DNA of 64,000 nucleotides from Naegleria gruberi (Eukaryota): NCBI GenBank assembly GCA_000004985.1, contig GG738847.1; one strand, 5' to 3'. Shown piece by piece: positions 61,736 to 64,000 of this stretch (position 1 is its first letter; each line of letters starts with the position of its first letter). The notes under the pieces were generated by a model. It saw only the letters and a program-made list of their open reading frames with translations, ran no database searches and was not told where the DNA came from. The position numbers and the translations under genes were made by a program.

Positions 61736-64000
61736 ATGGGAAATCATCACACTAGTGGTTCATCAATGTTTGCATCGGTGAATGATCGTCAAGATGTGAT
61801 GAATCCGAGACAACGAAAACTTCAAGAACAACAATACGAAACTGACCAAGTTTCGAATGACGATGACGAAATGAACCAAGAATTGACTCGGATGGTCAAG
61901 GAACAGGAACAAGTCGATGAGAATGAAATTAAAAATGGTTTGCCATTTGGTGTAATTCTGTTAGGAAGTGCAGATTCAGGAAAGTGTAAGTTTGCAAATT
62001 CGAAACCTTTCTAATAATTTATTGGATGTAATTGGATGAATTTGAAATACATTTTCTAATAGCAACACTTTGGAATCGATGGAAACTACAAACTCAACCC
62101 TTGTCTCAATCAGAGAAGGTAGAATTTGCCAATTCCATCCTCACATATATTATTACATGTTTGAAACGATTACTTGATTTGGCAAAATCGACACTTTCCA
62201 AAGAAGATTATCAAAACTTGTATTCGAAACATGATTTCTCTATTGATTTGCTTTCTCAAATATCAGAATGTGGTTCAACTTTCGAATACTTATTTACGAA
62301 TCCCATTTCAAAGACGAAAATGCAATCTCTGTGGATTGATCATGATTTTATTGCACATTTACCAGCTCTCTTTATGGAACCATGTATTCAAGAGTTGTAT
62401 TTGAATCAATTTAAAGGTAAATCAGATTCGAATAATGATCATTCGAATCATCCTTACTTTCATTCGAATCAGATAGATGGCGAGGAAGGTATCGTCAATG
62501 AAATTCTATTAGGCAATTATCTGCACTACTTTTTACAAACACCTTCCTTCCTACAAGAATTATCCGAAACCTTTACACACTCTGCTGCCAACTCAATATT
62601 GAGAGATTATTCCACCTCTCCTTCAAGTGAATTGTTTTCGAAACCCATCCAATTAACTCTGAATGATATTCTCAAATCAAAGATTGTCACAACCTCAATC
62701 AACACTTTGAAATTTCAATTCTCTAAAAAATCAATCAGCACAAAAGTGATTAAAGTTATTGAGAAGAGAAAGAGAGGATTATCAGGAGCTGCTTTACCTA
62801 ATTCTGGAGTAGTTGCTTCTCCATCAGGTAATTGTCCAAATAATGAATCGATTCAAGTTCATGGAAAATGTGGAAATGTTGCAATTCCAAAATTGGTTTT
62901 GAATACAGTTCCAAAGGAGGAAAAGAGCTTGCTGCCAAAAAGTGCTCGTGGTAATTCCATGACTCCTAGAAGTAATAGTGTGAATAGTAAGCCAGTTTCA
63001 GTTTCCATTACTGCAAATGATGAGAGTGTGCAAAATTCACCACCAAAGAAGACAACCACAAAGAAATTGGTCGAATCGTTGGTTAGAAAACGATCAGGAA
63101 GCAATAATAATGCGAATGCAGCAACAACTAGCACTTCAACAAACTCAAAGGGTCCCTATTTAGTCATCTCTCCTGCAAATTCACCTCGTTCCTCAATTGC
63201 AAGTGAGGGATCTTCGTTTAGTCCATTGCTGGGAACTTCTCCATCGTCCTCATCAATGGGTATGCCTTCTCCTAATTTCAATCAGCAATCAAGTGGAAAT
63301 AATTCTGCCAACATGCAGAGTAGTTCAGGTTCGAGTGTTGTGAGGGCAATGCAAGAGAGTACATTCACTTTGGATTCATTTGAAAAGAAGAAATTACAAA
63401 AGTTTACAATACTAGATACTCCTGGAGTTATTTCTCAGAGAGATTTGGTCAGTATGACATTGAATGCATCAACTCGACCAACAGCAACATTTTCATTGAA
63501 GAGTGTAGTGTTTATGTGTTCATTGGCAGATTTTGATCTCACAACAATAGATGGAAAAGATGATAAAATTAAGAGATTGCATGACAGCTTGGCATTCTTT
63601 GAAAAGACACTTGTCATGTCAAATAATCTCAAAGAAATGAGAAGAATCCTTGTCTTTACTCATGTAGACGTTTTCGAGCATCGAATTCTCAATGAATTGA
63701 CCTCCCCAAAGAAGAAACAATTACTGGAATTGTTGGGAATTGCTGTCAATGAAGATGATTTGGAAAATTGTGAACTTGTTCACTTGACCTTCAAACACAT
63801 TGTCTCACTATTCGAAACTTTGGAAAAGAAGAATCCTCACAAGTACATTCTCGAATATTACGCCCTCAATATGATGGATACTAGAGATGTTTGCGAATTT
63901 ACCTACCACCTCACCATGAGAGATGGTTACACTAAAAAGGATTATCCATCCATGACTTCAATTAATGTCTATTCTTCACCAATAGTTTCTGGATGTGAAT
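61736..64000 (+). CDS. Divergent G-protein alpha-subunit-like GTPase with a long Ser/Asn-rich insertion. It is partial and runs off the window. It has 2 exons at 61736..61985 and 62063..>64000, with a 77-nt intron.
   Basis: N-terminal MGNHHTS is a myristoylation-type motif. The P-loop GVILLGSADSGK is followed by a T then gtaagt...ctaatag, continuing STLWNRWKLQ...SQSEKVEFANSILTYIITCLKRLL (cf. G-alpha GAGESGKST..KQMKIIH..GYSEEE....SN..QS..AI.RAM). Downstream are ILDTPGVISQRD and ILVFTHVDVFEHRI (cf. DVGGQR and LFLNKKDLF). The frame is open to the window end, which is why the ORF track does not list it. Confidence 0.55.

Overview
This window is the left end of a nuclear chromosome from an AT-rich eukaryote with short GT-AG introns. 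The organism cannot be named from sequence alone. Standard genetic code, Asn/Gln/Thr homopolymer-rich proteins, A-rich context before ATGs, Zn2Cys6 regulator and CBP-like EF-hand genes suggest a dictyostelid-like amoebozoan or an early-diverging fungus (inference). Mapped introns are 38-166 nt, mostly GTAAGT 5' sites. The + strand starts with about 330 bp of (CCCAAA)n, which is C-strand telomere (G-strand TTTGGG). This decays into CCTAAAAA variants. About 4.7 kb of gene-poor AT-rich subtelomere follows, containing a 468-nt assembly gap inside a minisatellite and an interstitial telomere-like block. From about 5.5 kb to the window end there are about 32 tightly packed protein-coding genes, roughly one per 1.8 kb. 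Splice sites were mapped by eye from ORF-track frame jumps plus paralog or family homology and are accurate to about +/-2 nt. Highlights follow. (1) An alternating +/-/+ cluster of three compact paralogs carries the hallmark motifs of DEG/ENaC/ASIC channels, with only half-length ectodomains. (2) A set of secreted, bacterial-type or antibacterial-looking genes includes a CHAP/NlpC-P60 amidase with a Gly/Arg-rich linker and introns, a DNase I-like nuclease, and a cecropin-like lysine-rich secreted protein. (3) Bacterial-type metabolic genes that carry spliceosomal introns include a BKACE/DUF849 enzyme, an N-formylglutamate amidohydrolase-like gene, and a hotdog thioesterase-methyltransferase fusion. 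(4) Signalling genes include a 1695-aa multi-TM + PAS + single-domain adenylyl cyclase, a myristoylated divergent G-alpha-like GTPase, a RhoGAP-WW protein, and a kinase fused to a 72-bp tandem DUF4116-like repeat array that is cut by an in-frame TGA. (5) Several structural oddities include intron presence/absence polymorphism among paralogs, a duplicated exon-intron junction, an inverted pair of EF-hand paralogs, and an apparent 1-nt frameshift.
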